Assembly (NCBI GenBank): GCA_026026165.1
Contig: JAPEUD010000008.1
Location: 124,001 to 188,000 of the forward strand
Length of the DNA: 64,000 nt
Source: Sarea resinae
Lineage: Eukaryota
Reading direction: 5' to 3'
Shown in pieces: positions 36,457 through 48,461 of the stretch. Under the pieces are notes generated by a model. That model was not told the origin of the DNA and searched no databases. It saw nothing but the letters and a program-made list of their open reading frames with translations. Both the position numbers and the translations under genes were made by a program. Every line of letters starts with the position of its first letter. Position 1 is the stretch's first letter.

Positions 36457-39400
36457 ATGCCTCCCAAGGCTCCCTCATCCCCAGAGCCACGCTCGAAGGC
36501 CTCAGAATCCAGCCTTCCGCCTTTCATTTTCGATTTCAACCCCACCCCGTTGCAGCGGAAGGAGGCTCCTGCTTCCGAAGTCAAGAAACGAGCCGCGACA
36601 CCCCCGCTCGACTCTCGAGGCGGCAAGATGGCCAAGGGCGATGTATCAGCATCCACCTCCCAAGCCTCAAATTTGAACACGTCTCCGATCGGCAATGACA
36701 ACGCGAACGGCATTTCTGAAGGCCCCGCGGTCCAACCAACCTCGCAGCAGAATACCGGCATTCTTGGCCCTCAACCGGAAAACCCTCCTCGTCGCCGACT
36801 TGGCGGTCTGTTTCTTGAAATAGAAGGAGTCACTATGGATATGTTCCCGCTGGCAAAGCTTGGGACCTCGGTGTCGAAAGATAATGCCTCCCAGAATCGT
36901 AATGTTGTTTCGCAAGGCGGTGCTATGTCTCAGATGCCGTCTTTCCAGAGAACTGAGACCCCAAATCGGAATCACCAGAGCAACGATATCGTTGCTGATC
37001 GCTCCGCCAATCCTAGTCAAGCACGGCCGGGCCTTGTGCAAAATAAGACTGTCGAAGCTCAGAAGGAGCCGTACAACCTGAGCGCAATCATGAGGGAGAA
37101 GGCGCTTGCGAGGAATAAGGCGAGAGCGGAAGTACAAGCCGCCGAAGAGAAAAAGGTACTCGCAAAGCGAGCAGCGAACAAGAAAGTTTTCGATGAACAG
37201 AGAAGATTTGCGCTCGAGAGAAAGGCTGTCATGGAGAGGAGAATTGCGAAGCAGCAACAGAGGGCCCAGGCGCAAGCGGCTGGAGGGGCGAGACCGAATG
37301 CTGGGAAGGAAACCGGAGAGAAGAGACAGGTCAAAGCGGCCACAGAGCTTTCTGGCACTGACTTGGAGAGGCAACGTCTCGAGCAGCAGCAGCGACCGAT
37401 TCAAATGAAAATTGCTGGGCAGGTTGAAGAGCGTCGTGCGGCCGGTTTGGTCGAAAAGAAGAGCCAGCGACTCGAGAATGGAGGAGACGACTTGTTGCCA
37501 GAGCTAGAAAACCAACAACAGGCCGACCCTACCAATGTAGAGGCAACAGACCCCGACTTTCTCAACGACCTCGGCAACGAAGATGATGAGAGATATGTGG
37601 ATTCGGCGGTCCTTCCGGAGGCAGAGGACAAGAGTGAGGACCTCCCGGAGCTCAATTCACCGAGAAAATATGAGAGCCTCTATAGAGCCTCTAACGCCGC
37701 ATGGACCGTTCAAGAGCAAATGGATGCGATGCTAGCAGCGAATCGCGAGAATGGACGGATCAGTGTTGGGGAAAGCCTTCAAGAGACCATGGATCAGATT
37801 CAAAGCCGTACGCAAGCACGTTTGAACGAGTATCCGCCAATCGGTGATGGGAGCGAAGAACCGGACTATTTTCAGACACCAGATGTACCTCAAGTGGCAA
37901 GTCTAGAAAACAGCGATCCAATGATGGTGGAAGATGAAGTCCAGGTTGTGAAGATAGATGACGATGATGAGGTATTGGAGACAGGTCAAGAAGCAGCTCC
38001 ACTAGCGGGTGACGAAATGATGACGGTTGATGGAGATGGTGATGGTCTGGATGCGACTGAAGAAGCAGATCCAGAAACAGCCAAGGGAGTCCCGCCGACG
38101 GCTCAGGACAAGTCAGTAGCAGATGGTACCCGTGAGGCAAAGACCTCGGTATCAAAGAAGGCGTTGGTGCAGCAATGGGAAGCCGAATTGGCAGCAATGG
38201 AAAACTTGCCGGATCTTCCGTACGATGAGTCCTACCCGCCGATTCCGAGGAGGAGAGTCCACTTTGATGGTATTAGAGCGCCTGGGCCCAGTCGGAGCTC
38301 GGCAGAGTCTGCCAGGCAGCTTCCATTCGGCGAAGAGACAAAGAGAAATCACAAGGCAGTTGAATTCCTCAACAGAGAGCAGGCGAAGAAAATCGGAGCC
38401 GGAGTGGATCCAGAAGAGGAAGATCTTGTGCGTGCTATCAGGTTGAGTCTGATCAAAAGCCAGCCTCTCAAGTTGGCTCAGAACAAGCAGCGTCACGATA
38501 AGAAGGATGATGAGCGTGGAGTGAGCGAAGCGGTAACGCTCAGGCAGCGACAAGAGAATGAGGAGGATGAGGAGCTTAAGCGTGCCATTGCTCTGAGTTT
38601 GATGGACGACCAAGCTCTTGAGCTGGCCGAAATCAAAGAGCGTCACGATGAGAAGGAGGATGAGCGTCGCGAGAGCCGAGACGGTGAGATGGCCGCCAAG
38701 ACCAAGCACCCGCGGGTGAATGGGCGTCGACAGAGGAAGAATCGATGGAGGTTGGAGATGTATCAGCGAAGGAAGGCTGCAAACCAGCAGGAAGTGGAGA
38801 GGCAGAGGAGGGAGAGGGAATTGAATCTTGAGATTGGCCATCAACAGTTGGGATCGATCGACGGCTCTCCAGTGAATACTGAGGCCAACAAGGAGCAACA
38901 CCCTATTCAGCTGCACACCGCGGTCACCTCCATCCTTCCACTTCGTTCTCATCAACATCAAAACGATACAAGCGACACCCCTTCTTCAACCGCTGCAATG
39001 CTTCAACGCGCGGAGACTGACAACACAACGATGACGGATCCAGAGAACAGACGTTCATTCGGGGGCAAGAGCCTTCCAGGCTGGACTTCAGGTAAGCTTT
39101 GCCAACGTCCAGGTCATTTCGAAGCTAAAGACCTTGAAGCTCCCGTCGAGGGTGACGAAGGTGACGAAGGTGACGAAGGGGATGAGCCTGCGTGTGAGAC
39201 TCGACGGACGACTGCAGGCAAAGGGCTTTCAAAGGCGCAATGGCAGAAGTACATCTCGTCCCAAACCCAACTCATTGAAACCTCCGACACGGACGAGGAT
39301 ACGGCGGTTGAAGCCCCGAGTCGTCGTCGTCGTGACTACGCTCAAGATGCAATGTACTACGAGTATCAGGTCCTACGAAGTGGCTGTCACGAAGAGGATG

Positions 39401-40020
39401 GTGAGATGGTCGACGAAGACGAGGGTATCTGCGGCACCTATTCGACCATGGAGGAAGCGAATGCAGCGGGAGGTGTAGAAGTGCTTGCTGAGCGTGGTCA
39501 ATACGACGTCCTACCTCCAGATCGCTTCGAGATGAGGACGACTCAGGAGGGATTGAAGAGCTGGGTAGCAACCTCGGCTTACGGCGAGATCCGCGTCACC
39601 ATCCGGCGCGTGATCCGCTATTCCGATCACGGACAGCGTCGCCCCAGCTCGCAGGGTCCCTGGAACGAGCCCAAGGTGTTCGTGGTGATGAAGGAAACGT
39701 TCACGGAATGTGAAGTCGAGGATGAGGACGAGGATGAGGACGATGTGGCAGTCAGCACGCAAGTCGTCAAAGTCTGCACCGTTCTCGAAGTGGCGAACAC
39801 AGAAGCCAGCGAGCATCAGCTCGCCATCATCAACTCAATTCCGTACACCAACATTCGTGAAGAGATTGATCAAGTGGAGAAGCGGGCTGAGGTTAGGAAG
39901 CACCTGGAAGAGGTGCAGAGAAAACGGCTTCCCTACAACGGCGAGATTCAATCGACGAATGAAAGTGAGTCGGTCAGGGTCTGGGTTGAGGAGCACCCGT
40001 TGAAAGGGCCACGCAATTGA
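36457..40020 (+). CDS. Hypothetical 1187-aa protein, largely disordered/coiled-coil, with two UIM-like motifs and a globular C-terminal domain
   Basis: Long intronless ORF; EEEDLVRAIRLSL and EEDEELKRAIALSL fit the ubiquitin-interacting motif consensus; C-terminus YYEYQV..GTYSTMEEAN..VRVWVEEHPLKGPRN*. Confidence 0.8.
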   Translation: MPPKAPSSPEPRSKASESSLPPFIFDFNPTPLQRKEAPASEVKKRAATPPLDSRGGKMAKGDVSASTSQASNLNTSPIGNDNANGISEGPAVQPTSQQNTGILGPQPENPPRRRLGGLFLEIEGVTMDMFPLAKLGTSVSKDNASQNRNVVSQGGAMSQMPSFQRTETPNRNHQSNDIVADRSANPSQARPGLVQNKTVEAQKEPYNLSAIMREKALARNKARAEVQAAEEKKVLAKRAANKKVFDEQRRFALERKAVMERRIAKQQQRAQAQAAGGARPNAGKETGEKRQVKAATELSGTDLERQRLEQQQRPIQMKIAGQVEERRAAGLVEKKSQRLENGGDDLLPELENQQQADPTNVEATDPDFLNDLGNEDDERYVDSAVLPEAEDKSEDLPELNSPRKYESLYRASNAAWTVQEQMDAMLAANRENGRISVGESLQETMDQIQSRTQARLNEYPPIGDGSEEPDYFQTPDVPQVASLENSDPMMVEDEVQVVKIDDDDEVLETGQEAAPLAGDEMMTVDGDGDGLDATEEADPETAKGVPPTAQDKSVADGTREAKTSVSKKALVQQWEAELAAMENLPDLPYDESYPPIPRRRVHFDGIRAPGPSRSSAESARQLPFGEETKRNHKAVEFLNREQAKKIGAGVDPEEEDLVRAIRLSLIKSQPLKLAQNKQRHDKKDDERGVSEAVTLRQRQENEEDEELKRAIALSLMDDQALELAEIKERHDEKEDERRESRDGEMAAKTKHPRVNGRRQRKNRWRLEMYQRRKAANQQEVERQRRERELNLEIGHQQLGSIDGSPVNTEANKEQHPIQLHTAVTSILPLRSHQHQNDTSDTPSSTAAMLQRAETDNTTMTDPENRRSFGGKSLPGWTSGKLCQRPGHFEAKDLEAPVEGDEGDEGDEGDEPACETRRTTAGKGLSKAQWQKYISSQTQLIETSDTDEDTAVEAPSRRRRDYAQDAMYYEYQVLRSGCHEEDGEMVDEDEGICGTYSTMEEANAAGGVEVLAERGQYDVLPPDRFEMRTTQEGLKSWVATSAYGEIRVTIRRVIRYSDHGQRRPSSQGPWNEPKVFVVMKETFTECEVEDEDEDEDDVAVSTQVVKVCTVLEVANTEASEHQLAIINSIPYTNIREEIDQVEKRAEVRKHLEEVQRKRLPYNGEIQSTNESESVRVWVEEHPLKGPRN

Positions 40021-43000
40021 GGAGGGGAACGACTCGTTCTGGAGGCCTTGGATTTGACGCATCCGACGCTTTCAACTTTGCTTCCTCGCGGTCACAACAT
40101 TGGTGCATCAACTTGGGAACGTGAGGTGGTTCTTCTGAAGTCCCCAACAGGCTCATGGAGTTGGTGCATAAGAGCCGTCTTCTTTTCTTTCTTTTAGTTC
40201 TTCTGTCCAGTTTTCATCTCGAATTGGCCTGTCGACTGTCTTCGTCAAATCGAGGCTACTATCCACTGCCCAGAGTTGGCATGTCAAGTTGGTCTTCCTC
40301 AATCCGAAATTTTTCTTTTTCTTTCATTTTCAAATTGGCACAAAAAAACACACATGTTCCTCAATAATCCATAGCACTCAACGAAACATGAAATGAGACT
40401 TTCTTTCTCGAAGGCCGATGCAGGTGTGATGAAGAGGAGCTCGAGAAGAAAAGTTATATGATGTGAGGTTGAAGTCAGTCATCCATGATGAGACTCGCTT
40501 GTGCTGCTGACCTATCATCATGCGTGTACAGGGACATCACTGCATCGACCATCATCCTCTGCGGTACAGGATTTCTTCATATTCCATTTGATGCTTCATG
40601 CTTTCCGCTGGAATTGTTCTGTCGACCTCCAGCTGTTAGCTCATGTCCGATACTGGGAGATCTACATCTGCCAAACTCTGGTGGTAATAGCTGCTGCAAG
40701 GATCGCTTCAAGTGCATTCAGCATCTCCTCCCTTGGCAGATGCCATTCCTACCTTACCTACCTATTATCATATTTTATCGCGGTAGTCTGGATCAACCAG
40801 CCCACTCATCTACAGATATCGCAAAAATACTATACACGATCAGTCTCTAATTTTCATCATTGTCAGAGGATTCTGCTATCTTCGAATCCTATTTCCCCTA
40901 GCCTTCATGCTTAGTTGTGCATTTCAATGGGGAGATTACTGTCACTTTGGATCTTCGGCGTACTAAGCCTCTTCTGTGCATATTCATCTGCAAAGCTGTA
41001 CTGGACACATTTGCGGCAGTACTATTTCCCATACACAAGCCCTCAATGGAACTCGACATCTCGAAATTACTCCCAATGAGGGCAAGGCTATTTACAATTT
41101 TTCCGAGGTGTGGCTCATTATCAATATAAGAATACATGTGCCTTCCCTTTCTAGTATCCACATTCATTCATCTTTTCTGTACCATGTTTATGAGGTTATC
41201 GTCATTAGCAGTTTCCCGGCCAGGAAGTCTCGACCCGTCCAGACTCAGAATGGCGAACAACGCAATAGGAACACACTTTATCTTCTTTAATTCCCTGACA
41301 GAGCATTGGTATCAAATAGATTTCATCACAATCACTACTATGATCCCTCATCCACTGGCTTCCATTATTCGCATCCATTGCTTCATGGATGATTACTGGC
41401 ACACAATCCTTGATAACCGGCCCTGCTTATTATACGACGATGCCCACGCACTTCTCATATTGGCTGAGGTTCCCTACAGCTCTGCGATATTCCATTGGAC
41501 ATCGGTCGATCCGCTCTCGGATCGAGACGATGGGTATTACGATGATTGAAAAAGGTCTCACACCATAGGTTGAAGCCCTGAGATGCGCGGGAAAAGTCAC
41601 GGCGGCTATTCAGTTCAAATTCGAGGATTCTACCGCTCTACCTGGCAGACTCAGGTATAAGGCTCTTCTCGATAGATCACAGCTTGAAGTCTACTGTGGT
41701 GTCCCAGCTTGTGCGAGTCCCTTCGAGAACCAATAAAGATTCTGCCTTGCGACTTGGACATCAAGTTTGGCAACGCCTTAGTCCGCGTTACACGGCCTAC
41801 GAAGCAATACTGCCAACCGACGCTCCGAAAAGAGCACTGAGGACTACGGCGCTCTCGATACAGATTCAAAAAAATACCGATGACAAGGAAGAAAAACACA
41901 ATAACAGACTGATTAATGATGGGCTCGGATACGGAAAACTCAACATTACTAAGACCAACGATCTTCTTCCATTTCGTGTACTTATGCGACCTCACATATC
42001 CGAGAGTACTAGTCCTGCCCGCCTGTCCCTTATCCCCGTTGTCGTGTCCCCCTGCGAGCTAAAGCGCTGTACTGCGCGAGCACGCTCTGCTCCGAGCTCG
42101 TCCGTTGCGTGGCTTCCGGGACGGCAAGACGACAACGAAGTGGGTCAGGGTAATTGGCAAGACGACGAGAACAGGGTTCTACGAGTGGCATAATAGATAT
42201 CCTTTAGCTCAGACGACAGATGTCCCAGAGATCTCATAATTGTGCAGATTCACTCATATAAGGATCAAATGAAAAGCGGTGGCAGCAGAACAAGGTTCGG
42301 TCGTCCAGAGATAACCAAGACATTTATATTTTACTGATTCTATTTTTACGACTAGATCTAGCCTGCTAGGTAGTCTACAGAAACGATCTCTATAGAATAC
42401 AGAGATCACTCAGAAGCGATGTCTGAGCTAGTCAACGCGGAGGTCAGAGCCACGGCTTTATAAAGGATCGGATCAAGGGCTATAATAAGTCGTGGAGTGA
42501 AGTTTCAAATTTGGTTCAAGCTTGGTGTGGCTCGTGGCCTGTAGGAAACAGGTGTTATGACGGCTGTGAATGTCTCAAGGAATGACACTCATTCACGCTG
42601 AATTTCAATACATTGCTCACCAGTTGATCTTGCTTGCTAGAGTAAGGAAATGGAGACGCCTAGTGAAGAGTTTGCCTGGAATATGAGATACACTTATGAG
42701 TTTGATGATATAGCTCAGGCACTTCGCCCATTTCATTAATATATTTATATTATATCAGCACAAAGGGCAGATTAATCTTCTACCACATGAACTACCATAT
42801 GAAGTCTTCTATCATTCCAAGGACGAGGACGGAAACATGTGTTCGAGGATCGGCCTTGACGAGTGGAAGGATGAATTCGAAGAACAAGGCAACGGTATAG
42901 CTATCAGGCAGGAGCATTGTTGCATCGGGTCAGCACGGCAGTGGTCGATCAGTCATATTTCTAAGCGAGGATACATAAAACGCAGTTCGCCGGCTGAATC

Positions 43001-44880
43001 TGTACTTTACTGATATTACTGTGTTAGGAAGATCAAAACAAGAACCCTGGATGTGTTGAATAGAGAACAGAGCCTGGCGGATCCCAAATGTTTTTACTCG
43101 AGAGAAACAGGATAAGCACAACGACTGTGCTATAGCTATATAGCTGAAGGCATTAAAGACATACGATCTATTGACACTGGGCAGCAATAATCTCACTTGT
43201 CTCTAACCACAATACAGACGAAACAAGGTGCAATCGATACATACAGGTCTTCTTGTTATCCACAATCTAGCCTGAATTCTTCTCCTCCTGTGGCTGCGGC
43301 ATATGATGGAAGATCAGGAACTGGCAGAAATTTCGGACGCGCCATCTTGCAAATTGCATTCATCCCCGAAGGAACCGCTTTCTCTTTGGCGATTTGTCAT
43401 TTGTGATGCTCGCTGGTGCTTTTCGCAGCATGACTGAAGTATCAACAAGGCGATCTGTCTATACAAAGAGTAGTCAGCCCCGGGACTTCGTTTGGGCTGG
43501 CTTCTGGAACACGGCACTGGATCACGCAGTAGACACCTAGAAGGTCTCAAGGATTCAGCCTGCTATATCATGACTGCTGGACGCGTTGGCTCAGGCACAA
43601 ATTTCACCAATTCCGAACTGCAGGAGTTCAGGACTGTGACAATGCAGCCGTTAAACGAGAATTATGCTCGAGATTATAGGAGCCGGATATCACCATCACT
43701 AGCCAGAATTCAAAGCAGCACACCAGGCTCCAAAAGGCAAGGCAATATAAGATCTCGGGCACCTTTCTGGAGAAGAGGAGACAGTATCCACAGGCGACTG
43801 TGACAACAACCTCGCCAATTGGCCACGGGTGACTAGAATGATGCAAGAATTCAGAGAATGAAGAATTCCATCGAATACTGCAGCAAAGTCTCGAAGAAGT
43901 GGAAGCCGAATTGGCTCAATACCAGGGAAAAGAACTTCAAACGTTACTTCACTCGACCTACAGGCCGAAACGTCATTCTGTGATAACCATTCCATGGGAA
44001 AGCCGTTTCCACAGTGTTCCTTAAGCACACTCGCGCCCCATTTCCCCCCTCATAAATCAGCACTTTCCTGGCTTGAATTGCACTTACGAACGTTGATCGA
44101 CCCGTGAGGGTCTTCACTCCAATTACAGCTCGTGCATCAACTCAGCACAGAATCTTCGTTGCTTCCCACTGAATCTTCGTTGCTGGAGTCTTGAGAAGAA
44201 TTACGCGTCTTTGAACGACAATGAAAAGCTCGGGTTCCAACGTTCTGGTAGATGAGTACGATCTCGAGAACAAGAGAGTCTGTGGAACTATTATATACAT
44301 GGTGTCCTTGGTACATATGACGCAATTCACGCAGACAGCTTGGAGGGATATCTTCCCTCTCTTCTCGGCATACATGACCCAAATGTGGGCCGAGATAACG
44401 AAGTCTAAAAAGCCTATATAATAGCCGTCACGCATAATCAGATTCACTCCTTAGCCCGTAAGGATCTCGTGTGCATGTTCACGGCACCAAAACTTGACTG
44501 AACGCAGTTACTCGCATGCAAAGATACCGCCAATAGTACGTTAGATGATCAATCAGATTTGTACACAATCTTTGCAATAGACATCTACAGCACAATCGTG
44601 CAACGGACAAAGTTTTACGATTCTGACGCTACAGGGCTTGTCAAGCATGGAAGTAGGAACAAAGAAGTGGATAAGAAGCTGTCAGATGCGAAGGCAAAGA
44701 CGGCACTAGCAATAGAGGAAGATGAATAGGCCACCTTGCCTGTTCTGTGCCTGTTTCAAGAGGTGGATATTGTTGGCACTTTGGATCATCTATCCGTTCC
44801 GATAGCCAGGTACTATCTATACTGATATAGAAACCTCTTGGCCAGAGTCTGATGTGCGACTTGGTTAGGAAATAGGGTCA

Positions 44881-45340
44881 GTGACGCTTGAGGAAGAGTC
44901 ATTGACAATGGATTGGACGCTCGTGCGCGCCACCCGCACAGGCATCAATGTCGTCCAGGACTTCGCGATTGAGCACGCCGGTCCACTTGTACAGGGAGCG
45001 ACGATTTGCAAAGTGGGACAATCGACCGGCCTAACGACGGGAATTGACCTTCGATACCGCGTCTTTGCCTGCATGAAGGGCAATTATGTGTTCGATAGCA
45101 ATGGTGAGCGGGTATAGTTGGATTGTATCCCTTGGAGCATGTAAATGTCAAAACTTCATCGCCCTTTGCCCTCGGGGAACCAACCAGCTCAAAAATACTG
45201 CCGGCAGGGCACTTATCGCATTTCGTTCTTGCATCCGGGATACGATGACGATGGAGCCAGCAACCTGCTATTGGCTTTAAGAGCCTTTGATCACGAATCG
45301 AATCCCGCACTACATCATAATATTGCTAATGCTGTATGAT
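44881..45340 (+). pseudogene. Decayed trypsin-like (Ssy5-like) serine protease fragment
   Basis: MDWTLVR...TICKVGQSTGLTTG resembles the DWxL...KxGxTTGLTxG segment of these proteases; followed by a stop and frame breaks, with no intact GDSG. Confidence 0.5.
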
Positions 45341-45344
45341 GAGT

Positions 45345-46400
45345 ACGTAGTCTTAAAATCTAATTACCCTCCAAATTAGTTAAATCCTCTACAAGTTCCT
45401 CTTAAGACAAAGCAGCTATAGAGAGTACTCTTATTATAAAGAAGACGTGAGTTTTGAACTTCTAAGTGAGATAAAAGTGAGGTGATACTAACTTCTTCCT
45501 AGAAACTATAGCCTAGCAGCTCAGACTTAAGAGTAACACATTAGCTAATAATAGTACTACAGAAGGCTTACATTAGTGTAGGAAACGACAAAAGCTTATA
45601 GAAGCTAAATCTAGCACAACTAAGCTAAATTAAGAGATAGAAGATAAGCTAGACAATAGCTAACTACCTAAGAATAACACTATACTTATAAACACTTCTC
45701 TATAAGGTAGCGACAATTAGAAAGCAAGTAATATTAAGAAGACAGCTAGTAATACTAGTTAACACATTTAGGTAACATCTTATTATCTCTAGATATATGC
45801 TAATAGTGCTACTCTAGTAGAAGCAAGCACTCTTTAGAGAAAGACACACTAAACTTATCCTTAAACACTAGAACTAGTAATAGCAGTAGTAATAAGGTTA
45901 AAGTAGTGTCTATAGCTAAGAAGATAAAGGCAAAATCTCTAGTTAAAGACAGAAAAGTAAAGTTCTTAGACAAAGTTAGAAAAGCATATAAGAAGTAGAA
46001 GTAGTAACACATCTTAGTAACAAATCTAAATATAAAGCTAATAACGTAACAGGACTATATCCTAGAGATAGAAGCAAAAGGAGACTGACTATAATAATAA
46101 GTTAGAGAGCTTAGACTCTTCTACTCCTAGAAAGAGATGTCTAAGGTAACACATTTAGGTAACATTACTAGCTAGTGACTAATATTAGTGCAACTTGTAG
46201 TGCAACCTCTACAACGCTCTCTTATTCCTTCTGATCTCTGCTAAGCTTTTGCTATAGTCTAGATGCTAAATAATTAGAAAAGCGCCTTAAAAGCAGTCTC
46301 TCTAGGATACAAATTAGGTCTAGGCAAGTAAGGTGAACGAGAGGACATTTGCACTATCCTAGCCTCTATCATAGCAACTAGGAAGCTACAAGAGCAATGT
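45345..46400. mobile_element. AT-rich, RIP-like degenerate repeat or transposon remnant
   Basis: Sharp drop in GC; very frequent TA/TAG/CTA and scarce TG dinucleotides by eye; no credible ORF; internal 19-nt direct repeat. Element family cannot be determined. Confidence 0.6.
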
Positions 46401-46924
46401 CCGAGAGGCTAGAATTACCTAGGACCACCACCTGTGCCTCTTCCTGTGAAGTTATCAGATGCCAGGGACCTCCAAGTAATAGGCGACCAAAGACTAATAT
46501 CGGGGTCGATCTCACTGAGAAAAAAGGGAGTATCAGGGGCTATAAGTCAAGGTGTCAGTTGGTAAGACAGCGATTATGCTAGGGGCGGATGGGATATTTC
46601 TAGCTGCCAACGTCCAGGGTGAAATAGAACTAGATAGATAGAATTGTACTCTGAGTATAACTGTATCATGCACAAAGCTCACTTACCACCACAGGTAATT
46701 GACAATGACCTCTTCCTTCACAGACACGCACATATACCTATACAGGTACACACCAACCCCATCCCATCCATTGACTCTCCAGCTCACCCTTCACTCCTCA
46801 TTCAGACGACATGACAATGTTTCCTGGGACCCTGCAGCAGGCCCAGAGGAAAGGGGGGAGAGGAACGGAGCAACAACCTACCTTCTCCATGTCTTCAACA
46901 GGGCGAGCGAGATATGACCATCAT

Positions 46925-47403
46925 CTTCCCTTCCCTTCCCTTCCCCTCCCTTCGCTTCCCTTTCCCTCCCTCCCTTCCATACATCCATCAATCCATCAAC
47001 GCAGGGGAAAAATCCCGTACTCAGTACCCTGCCCTGCCCTGCCATGCTCTGCCTACCGCGCACCCACCTTATTTCGTACATACATACATACACACATATT
47101 CGGCACCGACAAAGAACGTGGGACGGAGACGGACCCGGACGGGACCAGACCGGACGGAGCGGATTCGAAGTCGGCAGGTCCGGGCGTTCCCATCAGCTCG
47201 GCTCGGCTCGGCTCGGCTCCAACCAAACCATGCTATGCCATAGGTGCCATAGGTGCCATAGGTGCCACCTACCTGCGAGTCAATCTGTGATCGGACGAGC
47301 CATGATTCCCGATCCGAGTCGGTCGGTCGTGATAGCGTCATCATGGTAGGTAAGGAAAGTACTGAGTAGGTAGGTAGGTAGGTAGGCAGGTAGGTAGGTA
47401 GGT
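46925..47403. repeat. Cluster of simple repeats (TTCCC, CATA, GCTCG, ATAGGTGCC x3, TAGG)
   Basis: Short tandem runs visible directly in the sequence. Confidence 0.85.
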
Positions 47404-48461
47404 AAACACGGTTTAGTTCCACATTGCGCGTCGGCTATCTTGGGGGGGGAATGATTAGCAAGTGCTAGCAAGCACGAGGCGAGTGAAGCCAGTGGAGTAG
47501 TATCGTAGAACGTGTGCTTTTCATTTCGTTTTAATTATGTGCGTTCGTCACTTTCGCTCATCTATGGGCCACGGCTCGCGGTAGTCTATCGACAAACACA
47601 ACCCAAACCAACCCGCAAGCTGAAAGCTGAAAGCTCGCCTTCGAGTCATCGCTACTGCGCTTGGTACGAGAGAAGACGAATGTCTCACTCTCGGAGTCCG
47701 TTTCCACAATGGAAACAAGAACCGAGGGCGCGCGATCAAACCAGGAAAAAAAGGAACAAAAGAGAACAAGAAGACCTAGAAGACCCCAATCACCATAGAA
47801 CTTTTCTCCCAAAATGACAGATGAAAAAAACAAGCGGGCATAAGAAGGCTTGGCCACGCATGAGACCTTTCGCGAGTCAATAACGGAGCATGTAGAGGAG
47901 CACGCACTGAGCTGGAGGGCAACCTCATGCATTTCGCTATATATCGCAAATAACGGATTCCGAGTGGAGTGTTGGGAACCCAACCACGGATCAAAACGGT
48001 CTATAAACAAGAGTCGCCATCAAAGCAGACTCAATGACCATCCCCCAGCTAAACAAAAGCCAACACAGAAATATGTGTACTCAGAGAAGAAGTGCAATGC
48101 TACCCATTCGCTCCATGAACGCCACGCAGACCAGCAGGCAATGCTCTGAGAAGAAATGAAAAAAAAAAAAAAAACAAAGATAGTTCGCACAAAGCGAGAC
48201 TGGTTGTATGCCCGCCCATGAGCAGAGCAAAGTCTCCCACCAAGCTTCCAATACGATCATCATAATCGCACTGCCTCCTATAATAGTCCGATCGACTCGA
48301 GAAGAATATCGAGAAGAGTAGGTGAATAGAAACATCGACATTCATAATCGAAACTTCGTAATCGACGAAAATCGTAATGCGTTACCGTGATGAAGGAATT
48401 CGTGATTTAACGCTCCCAATCATGGAGACTTCGATCCAATTGTTTCGCTTTTTCCTGCTCA

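Noticed and set aside
36667..38961. Long antisense ORFs (245 aa, 269 aa) opposite the 1187-aa gene
   Set aside because: Leu/Ser-rich shadows of a Glu/Lys/Arg-rich sense ORF; no domain signal.
40400..46600. Possible Starship or other intact transposon
   Set aside because: No tyrosine recombinase (DUF3435), transposase, reverse transcriptase, terminal repeats or target-site duplication recognisable; only decayed remnants reported.
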